64,000 nt of DNA from an uncultured Nitrososphaerota archaeon (lineage in GTDB: Archaea > Thermoproteota > Nitrososphaeria > Nitrososphaerales > Gagatemarchaeaceae). The notes below the pieces were generated by a model. The model saw only the letters and a program-made list of their open reading frames with translations. It was not told the origin of the DNA and made no database searches. Positions 30,652-41,082 of the stretch are shown here, one piece after another. Each line of letters begins with the position of its first letter. Position 1 is the first letter of the stretch. The position numbers and the translations under genes are program-made. The stretch is from assembly GCA_963718895.1 (NCBI GenBank), contig CAVRAG010000004.1:128001-192000 (forward strand), written 5' to 3'.

Positions 30652-31221
30652 TTGGTATTCGGCTTTCTTGTCGACGTCCCTCTGCTGACTGCAACATTCG
30701 CGCTGATCCTCGTCTTCAGGAGAAACCTCGCCACGATTATGGTCAAGACGGGGCTGCCCCGATTCCTGCTCTTCCTGCTCCTGGCTATCCCACTGATAAT
30801 CTTCGAGGAGCAGATCGATTGCATGCCTGCCTGGTGCGGAAAGGTCGTGATTCCGCCCACCCTTTACTTCCTCGAGTTCGAGGTGTTCATCCTGGGGCTG
30901 CTGGTCATCCTCCTACACTCGAGGAGCGCTCTGAGGGTCGCGCTGGCCTTCAGCATCTACGGAGTCTTCTTTGAGCATCTCCTCGGTGGTCTCAGAGGGC
31001 TTCCTCCATCCTTGGTAGCCCTCTTCCTGGTCCCGTACGTGGCGATGGGCTATGGCTTCGTCTCGCTCCTCCCGTTAGAGGTTCTCCTAGGACGAGAACG
31101 TGAGGGCTTGAGCCTGACAGTAGCCCCGGGGACGAAAGGGGGCGCCGAAGCAAGCGCACTCTTTGCAAGAATTAAAGTAGCAATGAAGTTAGCCGTGAAG
31201 GCTGCAGGTGATTGGTGGTAG
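30652..31221 (+). CDS. Integral membrane protein
   Basis: About five hydrophobic helices. Confidence 0.65.
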   Translation: MVFGFLVDVPLLTATFALILVFRRNLATIMVKTGLPRFLLFLLLAIPLIIFEEQIDCMPAWCGKVVIPPTLYFLEFEVFILGLLVILLHSRSALRVALAFSIYGVFFEHLLGGLRGLPPSLVALFLVPYVAMGYGFVSLLPLEVLLGREREGLSLTVAPGTKGGAEASALFARIKVAMKLAVKAAGDWW

Positions 31222-31683
31222 ATGAGCAGCCAAGACGCGCTGGCGCGGATGGAAGCTTTGCTTCAGGAACACGAGAGAAGAATCAAGTCACTCGAGCAGA
31301 AGGTGGGCGGAGGAGAGACTGTCGTCCCGCAGCCTCTCCAGCCTGCACCGCCCGCGCAGCCTGCGCAGTCTGCCCCTCCCGCAGCGAAGGTGCTTTCTAT
31401 CCGTCAGTTCATAGTAGAGAAGAGTCCAACCGATGACGTCCAGAGGTCTCTCGTAATCGGGTACTACCTCGAGAAGCAGTCGGGATTGGCTTCCTTCAAC
31501 GCCAAGGACATCGAGAAGGGTTTCGTGGATTCGAGAGAGAAGGTCCCCGGCAATGTCGCCGACAAGATTCTGAAGAACGTCTGGAAGGGTCACATGATGC
31601 AGGTGAAGGACGACAAAGACGGCCTCAAGGCGTATGTGCTCACGAACACTGGGACCAAGTTCGTCGAGAGCGGGATCAAGTAA
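31222..31683 (+). CDS. Hypothetical protein: coiled coil, Pro-rich linker, wHTH-like domain
   Basis: N-terminal heptads, PQPLQPAPPAQPAQ linker, C-terminal YVLTNTG..FVE wing motif. Confidence 0.65.
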   Translation: MSSQDALARMEALLQEHERRIKSLEQKVGGGETVVPQPLQPAPPAQPAQSAPPAAKVLSIRQFIVEKSPTDDVQRSLVIGYYLEKQSGLASFNAKDIEKGFVDSREKVPGNVADKILKNVWKGHMMQVKDDKDGLKAYVLTNTGTKFVESGIK

Positions 31684-31874
31684 CCCCCAGGAGACTACCC
31701 GGCTGCGTCTCCGCGAAGACTGAAGCCAGACGACTGAGCGGCGGGCATTCGTCGAAGAGTTCAGGCCGCGCCCGAGGAACTCGCCCGTGCGTTTCCTAAT
31801 GTGGACAGATAGTCGCCGGATCCTGGGACTAACAATTTAAGCCAACAAAGAAACCGGGTTCTCGAACTCTTCAG

Positions 31875-33632
31875 ATGAAATTCTGCCCGGAATGCGACGC
31901 CCGCCTCAGGGTCTCAAGGAAGGGGCCGTCTTTCTGCCCCAAGTGCGGCTACACGTCGTCGGGCAAGGACGCGCTCGCTGACTCCTTCCCGTACGGGTCC
32001 ATGCGCAGGTTCCAGAGGGAGACGCTCGAGCAGATTGAGGCCGCGGTCATATCCAGGAAGAAGTTCATCATGCTCGAGGCGCCCGTGGGCTTTGGCAAGT
32101 CGGCCCTCGCAGCCGCGCTCTGCAACCATCTCGCCTCCGCGTACATCGTTACGTCTACCAAGCAGCTCCAGGACCAGTACGTCTCGGACTTCGGCTATGC
32201 CGTGGTCAAGGGCAAGCCCAACTTCCGCTGCCTCGTCCCGACCTCGATGGGACTCGAGCTGCCCTGCAGCAAGGGGAGGTGCGAGGTCGACTGGAAGCTC
32301 ACGGACTGCTCCCACTATCTCAGCTTCGAGCAGTACGACCAGCACAAGAAGCACGCCTGCAACAGGAACTCGAAGTGCGAGAACCTCAAGGGCGGAAGAC
32401 TCTGCCCATACTATGACCAGAAGTGGTCCTCCTTCAGGGCGCCCGTGACTGTCTGCAACTACCCGTTCTTTCTCAGCGAGCTCAGGTATGCCGAGGACCT
32501 GCCGCACAGGAAGCTCCTGGTCTGCGACGAGGCCCACGACCTGGAGAAGCAACTCGTGGGCTTCGCTTCCTTCTCCCTCAGGAAGTCTGTCGTGCAGTTG
32601 TACCACGACGCGACGGGCGACAGGGGTCAGGGCGTAGCGATGCCCGACAGGGGAGTCGACGACCCAGCGGCCTGGTACGGTGAGCTCGCCGAAGCGAGGA
32701 AGACCCTGGACGAATTCTGCGCCGTCCACCTTGACGACCGTGACTTGCAGGACAAGGTCGCCTCGTGCAAGAGCACGCTGGATTCGCTCGAGAGCTTCAC
32801 GAAGGACCTCAAGGCCTCGCCAGGGAACTGGGTCGTCAACAGCGTGAAGAAGTCGGCCGACGGGTCGGTCGAGGAGGTCGTGTTCCAGCCGATCCAGGTA
32901 GGCGGCTATGCCGGACCCCTCTTCGAGACCGCCGACACGGTGCTCCTCATGTCGGCGACGATCTTCTCGAAGGCTCTCCTGTGCCGGGCTCTTGGGATAA
33001 GAGAGGAGGATGTCTGCTACGTCGCTGTCCCTGAGTCAATCTTCCCGGTCGAGAACAGGCCGATACGCGCCCTCAATGTGGCCTCGCTCAGTCGAGCCAG
33101 CATGGAGGCGTCCATGGAGGGGATAGCCAGGGCGGTCGACCGGATAATGGAGCGACATTCGAGCGAGAGAGGGGTCATACACACGACGTCCTACCAGCAG
33201 GTCAACTATATCATGCAGCACGTCTCGGAGTTGAACAGGGCGAGGCTGGTCACGACGGAGGGGACGTTCGAGAGGTCCGTCCTGCTGCAGATACACGGTT
33301 CCACCGACGCGTCGGTCCTGATCTCGCCTAGCCTCTATCAGGGTGTGGATTTGAAGGACGACCTATCAAGGTTCCAGATTGTCGTCAAGGTCCCATATCC
33401 TGACCTCTCCGACAGGAGGACCAGGGTGAAGCTCGACCGGGACCAGGGATGGTACGACTGGCAGACCGCCCTGAGGCTCGTGCAGACCTACGGCCGAAGC
33501 GTTAGGAGCGAGACCGATCACGCAATCACCTACGTACTCGATTCGAACTTCACGCGATTTGTCAACGCGCACCGGGACCTCTTCCCTCAGTATTTTCTCG
33601 ACGCGCTCAGCGTCGCCGAGCCGGTAGCTTGA
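31875..33632 (+). CDS. DinG/XPD-family SF2 helicase with N-terminal zinc ribbon
   Basis: CPEC..CPKC, Q motif, EAPVGFGKS, DEAH, MSAT, QGVD, QTYGRSVRSETD; Cys-rich Fe-S region. Confidence 0.9.
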   Translation: MKFCPECDARLRVSRKGPSFCPKCGYTSSGKDALADSFPYGSMRRFQRETLEQIEAAVISRKKFIMLEAPVGFGKSALAAALCNHLASAYIVTSTKQLQDQYVSDFGYAVVKGKPNFRCLVPTSMGLELPCSKGRCEVDWKLTDCSHYLSFEQYDQHKKHACNRNSKCENLKGGRLCPYYDQKWSSFRAPVTVCNYPFFLSELRYAEDLPHRKLLVCDEAHDLEKQLVGFASFSLRKSVVQLYHDATGDRGQGVAMPDRGVDDPAAWYGELAEARKTLDEFCAVHLDDRDLQDKVASCKSTLDSLESFTKDLKASPGNWVVNSVKKSADGSVEEVVFQPIQVGGYAGPLFETADTVLLMSATIFSKALLCRALGIREEDVCYVAVPESIFPVENRPIRALNVASLSRASMEASMEGIARAVDRIMERHSSERGVIHTTSYQQVNYIMQHVSELNRARLVTTEGTFERSVLLQIHGSTDASVLISPSLYQGVDLKDDLSRFQIVVKVPYPDLSDRRTRVKLDRDQGWYDWQTALRLVQTYGRSVRSETDHAITYVLDSNFTRFVNAHRDLFPQYFLDALSVAEPVA

Positions 33633-33709
33633 CGGGGACTGGCGGGAGCGTTCCCATTCAGGAGACCAGCCCTGGGCTGAACATATAACGAAGGGACCTC
33701 TAGGACGCC

Positions 33710-34186
33710 TTGGTCGTCAGGATGCATCGGAGAGGGATCTCACGGCTCAGGGTGGCAGTCGCCGCGGTCGCGGCAGCGGCCATGGCGCTCGCCGCGGTCG
33801 GATACCTCGTCCTAGCAGCCACGCCGGCCGGCTGCCCGGGTTGCGGCGATAGAGCGGACGACGTCACAGTGACCGGGTCCCTCGCAACCCCCAGCGGGTA
33901 TGGGGTCAGCGAACTCAGCATAGAAGTGAACAACACGGCGAAGGACCCAATCTGGACAATCGAGGTCACGAACTCCTCGCAGCTACCAGGTTCGACCTTC
34001 ATAGCGTTCTATCACAACACCTTCATCGTCAGCGCGGCGAACGCTCTCACGGTCGACCAGACTGCCACTGGTTCCACCTCCGTGCGCAACGTTACGACAG
34101 GTGCGACGTACACGCTTAGCATGGAGTTCATCTTCTCCACCGGAGCCGAGCAGAACACGACGCTGCAGGTAACCGCCGGGAGATGA
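33710..34186 (+). CDS. Secreted hypothetical protein
   Basis: Signal/anchor helix, CPGC, beta-rich domain. Confidence 0.6.
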   Translation: MVVRMHRRGISRLRVAVAAVAAAAMALAAVGYLVLAATPAGCPGCGDRADDVTVTGSLATPSGYGVSELSIEVNNTAKDPIWTIEVTNSSQLPGSTFIAFYHNTFIVSAANALTVDQTATGSTSVRNVTTGATYTLSMEFIFSTGAEQNTTLQVTAGR

Positions 34187-34304
34187 GCTGGTTGGTTCAT
34201 TCTGTCGAGAACATACCGAGCCGCGGAGCCGGTGCGCGCTCAAGACGAAGATGTGGTCAACACACAAAAGCTAGGCGTCAATACATCGTCTGGGTTCGCA
34301 ACCG

Positions 34305-34988
34305 TTGACGCACGTCCCCTCTCCAGATGGCATTCCAAGAATCAAGTTCAGAATCGAGGCGCTCTCAGATCTTGTCTTCGGACTCGCGCTCTCGCTGGGG
34401 GCCATCACACTGATTCAGAACATTCCGCAAGATCCATCACACCTGATCAACGATGTCGTCCTTTTCGGATTCAGCTTCCTGATCATCGTCGGAATATGGC
34501 TCGGGTACACCCGGATAGTCTCGGTTCTGTCAGTTGAGACATCCGAGGCCATGCTGCTCAACCTCGCCCTGCTATTCTGCGTCGCCCTTGAACCGTTCCT
34601 CTACTACGTCTTCCAGACCCAGCCAGCTGGCTCTGCCTTTCTGGATTTCTCGTCCGCCGCATTCGGCCTGGATATCGGATCGATGATGGGATTGCTCGGG
34701 GCGATGGTGTATCTCGTGCTACACCAAGAGGCTCATGCAGAGGTGCACACGCTCAGAGCCAAATCACTCAGAGGGTTCAAGGTCTCAATGGCCGCCCACG
34801 CCATCTGCGCTGCGATCTTCTTGGTCTCGATCTCCGACGTCTTCTGGGTCCAAGTTCCGAACTTCGGGTACCTTAGGTTCCTCCTTTGGTACATCGCGCT
34901 GGGAATCTTCTTCATCAGCAGGCCGGCAGCCAGGATGACCTCAGGGAAGGAGACGGGGGTCGTCAGCCGTGAGACGCCCCCTCAATGA
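34305..34988 (+). CDS. TMEM175-family K+ channel
   Basis: RIEALSDLVFGLALSL (RxxxFSD-type motif), six TM helices. Confidence 0.8.
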   Translation: MTHVPSPDGIPRIKFRIEALSDLVFGLALSLGAITLIQNIPQDPSHLINDVVLFGFSFLIIVGIWLGYTRIVSVLSVETSEAMLLNLALLFCVALEPFLYYVFQTQPAGSAFLDFSSAAFGLDIGSMMGLLGAMVYLVLHQEAHAEVHTLRAKSLRGFKVSMAAHAICAAIFLVSISDVFWVQVPNFGYLRFLLWYIALGIFFISRPAARMTSGKETGVVSRETPPQ

Positions 34989-35056
34989 AAGGTCCTGAGT
35001 CTCGACCAAAAATAAGCATAATACGGCTCTAATCGGGTGGTACGTTCGTCCTCGAG

Positions 35057-35911
35057 TTGGCTGTCATCCGTCTCGGCACCTCCGGCTGGTCGTTCAAAGA
35101 ATGGGAGGGAGTGTTCTACCCCAGGGACAATAAGGACAAGCTTGCCTTCTACTCGAAGGTCTTCAAGACCACCGAGATCGACTCGACATTCTACGCTTAT
35201 CCGAAGAAGGCTATGATCCAGGCCTGCGCTAGAATCACGCCTGATGATTTCGTCTTCTCAGCTATGGTTCCCAAGCTCATCACACATGACAAGAAGCTGG
35301 ACGTCCAGAAAGGCGTAGGGGAGGACCTCATGAGGTTCATCTATGACCTGAGACCGCTGGAGGACGCAGGGAAGCTTGGACCTATCATCTTGCAGCTCCC
35401 GCCGAGCTTCTCCTACAAGGATGGACTCGGCAAGCTGATAGACTTCTTCGGGGCGCTTCCAGCCGACCTCAAGTTTGCAGTGGAGTTTCGAAACAAATCC
35501 TGGAACCGTCCGGAGACATTGGACCTTCTCAGGCAGTGCAAGATAGCCAACACGATAGGAGACGGCCCTCTCCTCCCTCCGGAGACGCCAGTGACGGCCG
35601 ACTTCGCTGTTATCAGCTGGCATGGAAGAGGGAAGAAGCCCTGGAGCGACTATCGCTACAGCGACGCTGAGGTTGACGAATGGGTCCCCAAAGTGAAGGA
35701 GATAGAGGGACGAGTGAGTGAGGTCTACGGGTACTTCGGCAACCACTTCAGGGGAAACGCCGTGGAGAACACGCTGAGGATGATGGACAGGTTGGGGCTG
35801 GCCGACGCCGAACGTAGGGAGTTTGGAGCCCGCGTCACCCGGGCGATCCAGCTGAAGGGGATGCGCTACACGAAGACCAAGGCGGAGCCCGACCCCGACC
35901 TCGTGAAGTAG
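35057..35911 (+). CDS. DUF72 protein, paralog 2 (several conserved residues altered)
   Basis: GTSGWS, EIDSTFY, ITH, QLPPSF, VEFRN.SW. Confidence 0.88.
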   Translation: MAVIRLGTSGWSFKEWEGVFYPRDNKDKLAFYSKVFKTTEIDSTFYAYPKKAMIQACARITPDDFVFSAMVPKLITHDKKLDVQKGVGEDLMRFIYDLRPLEDAGKLGPIILQLPPSFSYKDGLGKLIDFFGALPADLKFAVEFRNKSWNRPETLDLLRQCKIANTIGDGPLLPPETPVTADFAVISWHGRGKKPWSDYRYSDAEVDEWVPKVKEIEGRVSEVYGYFGNHFRGNAVENTLRMMDRLGLADAERREFGARVTRAIQLKGMRYTKTKAEPDPDLVK

Positions 35912-35992
35912 ACCTTAGCGGCACAGACCGGTTGCTGGACCCGGCGTTCCGAATGTATATACCGGTCACGGGCGTGCTCGAGTAGGTTCCGC

Positions 35993-37204
35993 GTGTCATC
36001 CCTGAGCATGGCCTCCCGCAACCTGAGGAGACGGAAGGGGAGGACGATTCTGACCGTCTCTGGGATAGTCGTCGGTGTCGCCCTGATAATGGTCCTGCTC
36101 TCCCTGACCGCCGGGACCTCTACCCGGACCAATGGGCTCATACGCGACATTCTTCCGGCCCAGATAACAGTCGTCAACTCGACGATACCCACTGGTGGTG
36201 GCGCAGGCCTGCGGGCGCTGTTCAGCACCGCCTATCCGCTCAACCAGTCGACCACGGCCACGATAGACGGTCTGAGCGGCGTCTATGCCGTCACCGGCCA
36301 GGTATCGGCCACAGGCTTTGTCGATGGAGACGCCGTCCTCCTCTCTGGGATCGACCCTGGTACCTACTCGAACGTGACCGGGGGGTTGAACATCCTGAGC
36401 GGGACCTCGATCTCGTCGGCCTCGGGAAATCAGCTGGTGCTGGGGCAGACTCTTGCGACCAGGCTCGGGCTTGGCGTCGGAGCTTCGGTCACCGTCGGTT
36501 CCAACTCCACGGGCGGGACGTCCTACGCGGTCGTCGGGATCTACTCGAGCGGGAACGCCTTCCTGGACAGGTCGATCTACGTCTCGCTCACCAACGCCCA
36601 GTCGATAGTGGGCGAACAGGGGAAAGTGACCGAGATATACGTCAAGGCGGACAGCTCCAGCAACGTTACCAAGATCGCGTCCGAAATCGGCTCAAAGGTT
36701 CCCGGGGTGAAGGTCGTGACCTCATCGAACCTGGCGACCGCTGCTTCGACTCTGTCCGGCACGCTGACGACGTTCTTCACGGTCATCGGCTTGGTAGCTC
36801 TCCTCGCCGGTGGGTTCGGCGTAGTCAACACCATGATGATATCGGTGAGTGAGAGGACGAGGGAGATAGGGACCCTCAAGGCGCTGGGAGCCAGACAGGG
36901 TCAGATCATGAGGATATTCATCAGTGAAGCGTTCCTGATTGGGGTGATAGGTGCCGCCGCGGGGATACTGATCGGAATCGTAGTCTCCCTCGCGCTCCCC
37001 TCGTTCACCGGAGCTGCCAGCGCGAGCGGCCTCGGCGGAGCAGGGGTCGGTGGCCTCTTCCGGGGGGCCCTCGCCCCGTCGGTCACGCCCGGGTTGATCA
37101 TCCTGAGCCTCGGCTTGGGGATCAGCGTCGGTGTCCTGGCTGGGCTCTATCCTGCCTGGCACGCATCGAGGATGGATCCGGTGGAGGCCCTCCGTCATGT
37201 CTAG
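35993..37204 (+). CDS. MacB/FtsX-type ABC permease
   Basis: RNLRRRKGRT.LT, NTMMISVSERTREIGTLKALGA, YPAWHASRMDPVEALR. Confidence 0.92.
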   Translation: MSSLSMASRNLRRRKGRTILTVSGIVVGVALIMVLLSLTAGTSTRTNGLIRDILPAQITVVNSTIPTGGGAGLRALFSTAYPLNQSTTATIDGLSGVYAVTGQVSATGFVDGDAVLLSGIDPGTYSNVTGGLNILSGTSISSASGNQLVLGQTLATRLGLGVGASVTVGSNSTGGTSYAVVGIYSSGNAFLDRSIYVSLTNAQSIVGEQGKVTEIYVKADSSSNVTKIASEIGSKVPGVKVVTSSNLATAASTLSGTLTTFFTVIGLVALLAGGFGVVNTMMISVSERTREIGTLKALGARQGQIMRIFISEAFLIGVIGAAAGILIGIVVSLALPSFTGAASASGLGGAGVGGLFRGALAPSVTPGLIILSLGLGISVGVLAGLYPAWHASRMDPVEALRHV

Positions 37205-37943
37205 ACCGGTCGTGGTCCAGGGCACGGGACTGGCCCGGGAGTACAGGCACGGGAAGCTTCCGGTCTCTGCCCTGAACGGCATCGACCTGACCGTCTGGAA
37301 GGGCGAGATCGTAGGGATAGTGGGACCGTCCGGGTCGGGCAAGACGACCCTGCTGAACCTGATCGGAGGCCTCGACAGGCCGACAGGGGGGAGCGTGGTG
37401 GTGGATGGGGTCGCCTTGGGGCAGCTCGACGACGGTAGGCTGGCGGACTACCGCCTCCGGAAGGTCGGGTTCATCTTCCAGTTTTACAATCTGATCCCTG
37501 CGCTGACTGCTCTCGAGAACGTCGAGCTGCCCATGAGCCTAGCGGGAGTTCCAAAGCTTGAGCGGGCAGAGCGCGCGAGGGCACTGCTCAAGACGGTAGG
37601 CCTCGAGAACCGGACCGGGCACACGCCAGACGAGTTGAGCGGGGGGGAGCAGCAGAGGGTCGCCGTTGCCAGGGCCCTCTCCAACAGCCCGTCCGTCATT
37701 CTGGGAGATGAGCCGACTGGGGATCTGGATTCCAAGTCAGCGGAGGCTCTGATGGGGTTGATAGCCTCCCTGCGGGATGACAGGCAGGCGACGTTCATCC
37801 TGGTCACCCACGACCCCATAGTGGTCGCCAGATGTGACAGGTCCTATTCTGTCAGGGACGGCAGGGTGATGCGCGAGATAAGGAAGGAGGAGACCGACAA
37901 GCTCGCTGACAACCAGAGGTCGACGATGGACGGGCTCTACTGA
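37197..37943 (+). CDS. MacB/LolD-type ABC ATP-binding protein
   Basis: GPSGSGKTT, GFIFQFYNL, LSGGEQQR, DEPTG, VTHD; ATG at 37197. Confidence 0.93.
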   Translation: MSRPVVVQGTGLAREYRHGKLPVSALNGIDLTVWKGEIVGIVGPSGSGKTTLLNLIGGLDRPTGGSVVVDGVALGQLDDGRLADYRLRKVGFIFQFYNLIPALTALENVELPMSLAGVPKLERAERARALLKTVGLENRTGHTPDELSGGEQQRVAVARALSNSPSVILGDEPTGDLDSKSAEALMGLIASLRDDRQATFILVTHDPIVVARCDRSYSVRDGRVMREIRKEETDKLADNQRSTMDGLY

Positions 37944-38555
37944 TCCCTGACGGGCGTCTCTCCCGAGGCAGGGTCGCGAGTCGCAACTACGATGTAGCCT
38001 CTGGAGGTCCTGTCGAGCAGCGCGTCGACGAATCCGTGGCCCTCGACCTTCTCGACTAGCTGGGCTGGCGTGAGGAATCTCGAGTGCCCCCGCATCAGCC
38101 TGTTCTCCGTAAAGCGGAGCAGCTTGCCCCTGGTCGTGGTGACGTCTATCTCCGCGAGCAGCAGCCTCCCCTCGGGCTTCAGCACGCGACACATCTCTTC
38201 CAGGGCAGCGTCCTGGTCCGGGAAGTGATGGAAGGCAGCCACCGAGAGGAGCGTTCCAACCCCTCCGTCGGCGATGGGTATCTTCTGCGCGCTACCGCGG
38301 ATGAACCCCACTTCGCGCCTCCGCTTTGCCCCGTACTCGACCTTCTGGAGGTCCGGCTCCAGCACCAGTATCTGGTCGAAGACGTCCGAGAGCGTCCCGG
38401 TCAGCAGCCCGGTCCCTCCCCCGACATCGAGCATCACCCTTCGGGAATCCTCGGTGAGGTGTTTGAGTAGAATTCGATCTCAGCTCGCCGTTCGATGCCT
38501 TCCTGTCCCGCTCAGAGAGCGCGGCCATCGAGAGGCGGCCGTCCGAACTCGGCAA
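37937..38555 (-). CDS. Class I SAM-dependent methyltransferase; probable +1 frameshift near 38480 in the N-terminus
   Basis: LDVGGGTG, AFHHFPDQ..AL.E..RVLKP.G; upstream frame ...NGEL joins DRILLKHL...VMLDV if one base is removed. Confidence 0.75.
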
Positions 38556-38732
38556 GGGAATCGGTCTGTGCGTGCGACCCCCCGAAGTTAAAGGTTAGTG
38601 GCAGGGATCATCCGGTCCTCTCCGAGATCTTTGGATTCCCGGCACCTATCAGCGCGAAGAGGGGTCCTTCGAACCTCGCTATACTTTCTCGCCCTGCCCA
38701 TTCTAAATAGGAGGGTCGGGACTCTTCGAAAC

Positions 38733-39149
38733 ATGGTATTCTTGAGCGACGAAGGAAGCGAGTTCGATGCATCTCTCGACAAGGTGTGGAAGCTGAATCA
38801 GTCTGAGGGGGAGCACAGCCACCCCAGTCTGAAGAATTCCGCCCAGGGGATGGAAGGAGAGCATCCCATGCTGAGCTACGAGACGAAGATGCCCGACGGC
38901 AGCTGGGTCAAGCACAGGGTGAGGATGTCTGTGTTCCCGCCCGTCGGTGTCGTCTTCGAGACAATCGAGGGGCCCCTGAAGGGCTCTACATCATTCCAGA
39001 TCTACACGCCCAAGGGTGCAAAGACAGGCGTCACCGTCATCGGTGAGTGGAAGGGGGCCGGTATCCCGGACGCCCAGCTTCAGGGCGCAGTGAGGCAGTT
39101 CCTGGAGACGGTCTTCAACGAGGACAGGGCGAACCTAGCAAAGATGTAG
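38733..39149 (+). CDS. Hypothetical protein (SRPBCC/START-like)
   Basis: EFDASLDKVW, IEGPLKGS, C-terminal helix; ATG at 38733 after TAAATA. Confidence 0.6.
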   Translation: MVFLSDEGSEFDASLDKVWKLNQSEGEHSHPSLKNSAQGMEGEHPMLSYETKMPDGSWVKHRVRMSVFPPVGVVFETIEGPLKGSTSFQIYTPKGAKTGVTVIGEWKGAGIPDAQLQGAVRQFLETVFNEDRANLAKM

Positions 39150-39227
39150 GGAGGGCGTCTCCGTTACCGCGGGAGCCTGGCCCTTTCCGAAATCTGTGGT
39201 CCCGGGGACCTTAGGATGGGCTCAGGC

Positions 39228-40181
39228 TCATCCTTCTTCCTTCCTGTTCTGCACTTCGCTGATGAAGTCTTCCACAAGGGGGTCGAGGCTCCCATAGGAA
39301 GGTCTCCATCCGGCGTCCCTGATCCTCTCTGGGTCCAGATCCCTCGACCAGGAATCGACAATCTTGGATATCTTCTCGTCGGGCTTGAAGTCAATCTTCG
39401 CCTCGGGTATCTTCCGTTTCACGGCTCTCGCAATCTGCCCCGCGCTCGGCCCGGGGCTTATGCCGGGTACGTTGAAGATGTTCTCCTCGCCTCCCAGCGA
39501 CCTGATGTTCTTGTGGACGAAGAGTGTGGCATCGACCGCGTCCTTCACGTAGACTATGGGCATCTGGGCTCTCGCCGGCACCTGGACGGTGTAGGGCTCG
39601 CCCAGGGCGGCCTTCTGGATGATCAGGCTCGTGAAGGCCGAGGCGCCTCCCTCCCCTCTCCCGGGTCCTATCACGGACGCGTACCTGAAAGCCGCGAAGT
39701 CAATACCATATGTCCGGGCGAACCAAGTGCCGACCATCTCTCCGTACATCTTGGATATGCCGTAGATGGTGCTCGGGACGTGGTAGCGGTCTTCTCTGGC
39801 TCTCTCGGCACTCGGTCCGTAGACCGCGGCGGTGCTCGCGAACAGGATGGTGGCGACGTCAGCGGACCTAGCGGCGTTCCAGAGCGGCCACGCCGAGGCG
39901 ATATTCACCTCGTACGCGCTCTGGGGGTTCTCCTCAGCCGTCGCGGAGAGCAGAGCTGCATAGTGGACCAGCACCTCTGGTCTGGCGGACCTTATCGCCC
40001 TCGTCAATGTCTCCGCGTCGTCGGTCCTCCCCTTGACTACCTTGACTCCCGGGTTCGCCCCCATGATGCTCCGGTCGACCTTGACGTCGTAGACCGTGAC
40101 CTCGTGGTCCTCTTCGATGAGCTTCTTGGTTAGCCACTGCCCGATGAATCCGCACCCGCCGGTAATGAAGAACCTGGTCAT
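39228..40181 (-). CDS. NAD-dependent epimerase/dehydratase (L-threonine dehydrogenase-like extended SDR)
   Basis: ITGGCGFIG, HYAALLSA..E.NP, YGISK. Confidence 0.88.
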   Translation of the reverse strand: MTRFFITGGCGFIGQWLTKKLIEEDHEVTVYDVKVDRSIMGANPGVKVVKGRTDDAETLTRAIRSARPEVLVHYAALLSATAEENPQSAYEVNIASAWPLWNAARSADVATILFASTAAVYGPSAERAREDRYHVPSTIYGISKMYGEMVGTWFARTYGIDFAAFRYASVIGPGRGEGGASAFTSLIIQKAALGEPYTVQVPARAQMPIVYVKDAVDATLFVHKNIRSLGGEENIFNVPGISPGPSAGQIARAVKRKIPEAKIDFKPDEKISKIVDSWSRDLDPERIRDAGWRPSYGSLDPLVEDFISEVQNRKEEG

Positions 40182-40316
40182 GAAGTCAATGCGACGCGCC
40201 TATGGCCGAGATAAGCCTGTCGTAGGTTCTGGCTTTATGGTTCCGGAAAAAGGCCAAGATTGTCCATGGAGTAGGTCTGTGATTCCATCTGCGAAGACAA
40301 GCTGAGCGCCAGTAGG

Positions 40317-40964
40317 TTATCTGACGATTCTGAAGTTGAAAGGAGCCCAGTTGTAGACCTGGGACAGCCTCAACCAGAGGGGGAGTATCATCTCGAGGCC
40401 GCGTGATCCCGTTATGTCTCCGGTGTCAATCACGCTCTTCCACCCGAACCACTCTCGCAAGATCCTTGTCACCTCGGCCTTGGCCGCGGCATCGTTACCG
40501 CATATGAACGCGTCGTGTTCTCCCGGCACTAGCCCCGGGTTCGTCATCAGGTCGTGACGCATCGTGTTCAATGCCTTGACGACCCTGACGTCCGGAAAGG
40601 CGCGTTGTATCTGCTCTCCCAGGGAATCTGTGTTACAAACCGTGAGGGTCGGCGGCATCCCCCTCGAGAAGTCGAGCGGATTCGAGACGTCGATCAGAAC
40701 CTTTCCCTTGAGGTTCTCCGCCCCGGCCATCTTCAGAGCCTCGAGGGAGACCGACCCGGCGGTGCAATTGAACACCAGCTCTCCGAACGCTGCCGCATCT
40801 GAGAACGTGCCATGGGAGGCACCTGGTCCCGTCGACTTCGCCCATTCGGTCGCATTGGCGTTCCCGGCCGTGCGAGAACCCATCATTACCTCCCGCCCGA
40901 GTCCGACCAACGCAGAGCCGAGGTGAGAGCCGACTTCTCCTGTTCCTAGAATTGCGATTCTCAT
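40317..40964 (-). CDS. NADPH-dependent F420 reductase-like oxidoreductase (NpdG family)
   Basis: ILGTGEVG, MGSR, IDVSNPL, SLGEQIQ..FP...VVKALNT, ICGND. Confidence 0.85.
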   Translation of the reverse strand: MRIAILGTGEVGSHLGSALVGLGREVMMGSRTAGNANATEWAKSTGPGASHGTFSDAAAFGELVFNCTAGSVSLEALKMAGAENLKGKVLIDVSNPLDFSRGMPPTLTVCNTDSLGEQIQRAFPDVRVVKALNTMRHDLMTNPGLVPGEHDAFICGNDAAAKAEVTRILREWFGWKSVIDTGDITGSRGLEMILPLWLRLSQVYNWAPFNFRIVR

Positions 40965-41082
40965 TTCAGATGATTCCTGGACTAGAAGTGGCCAGCATTA
41001 AGATAAACGTGCCTGTAGAGTCGGCAATCCGGGTCCGACCCAATCACCTCTAAATACAATCAGTAGGAGGTGCTACCGCGTC

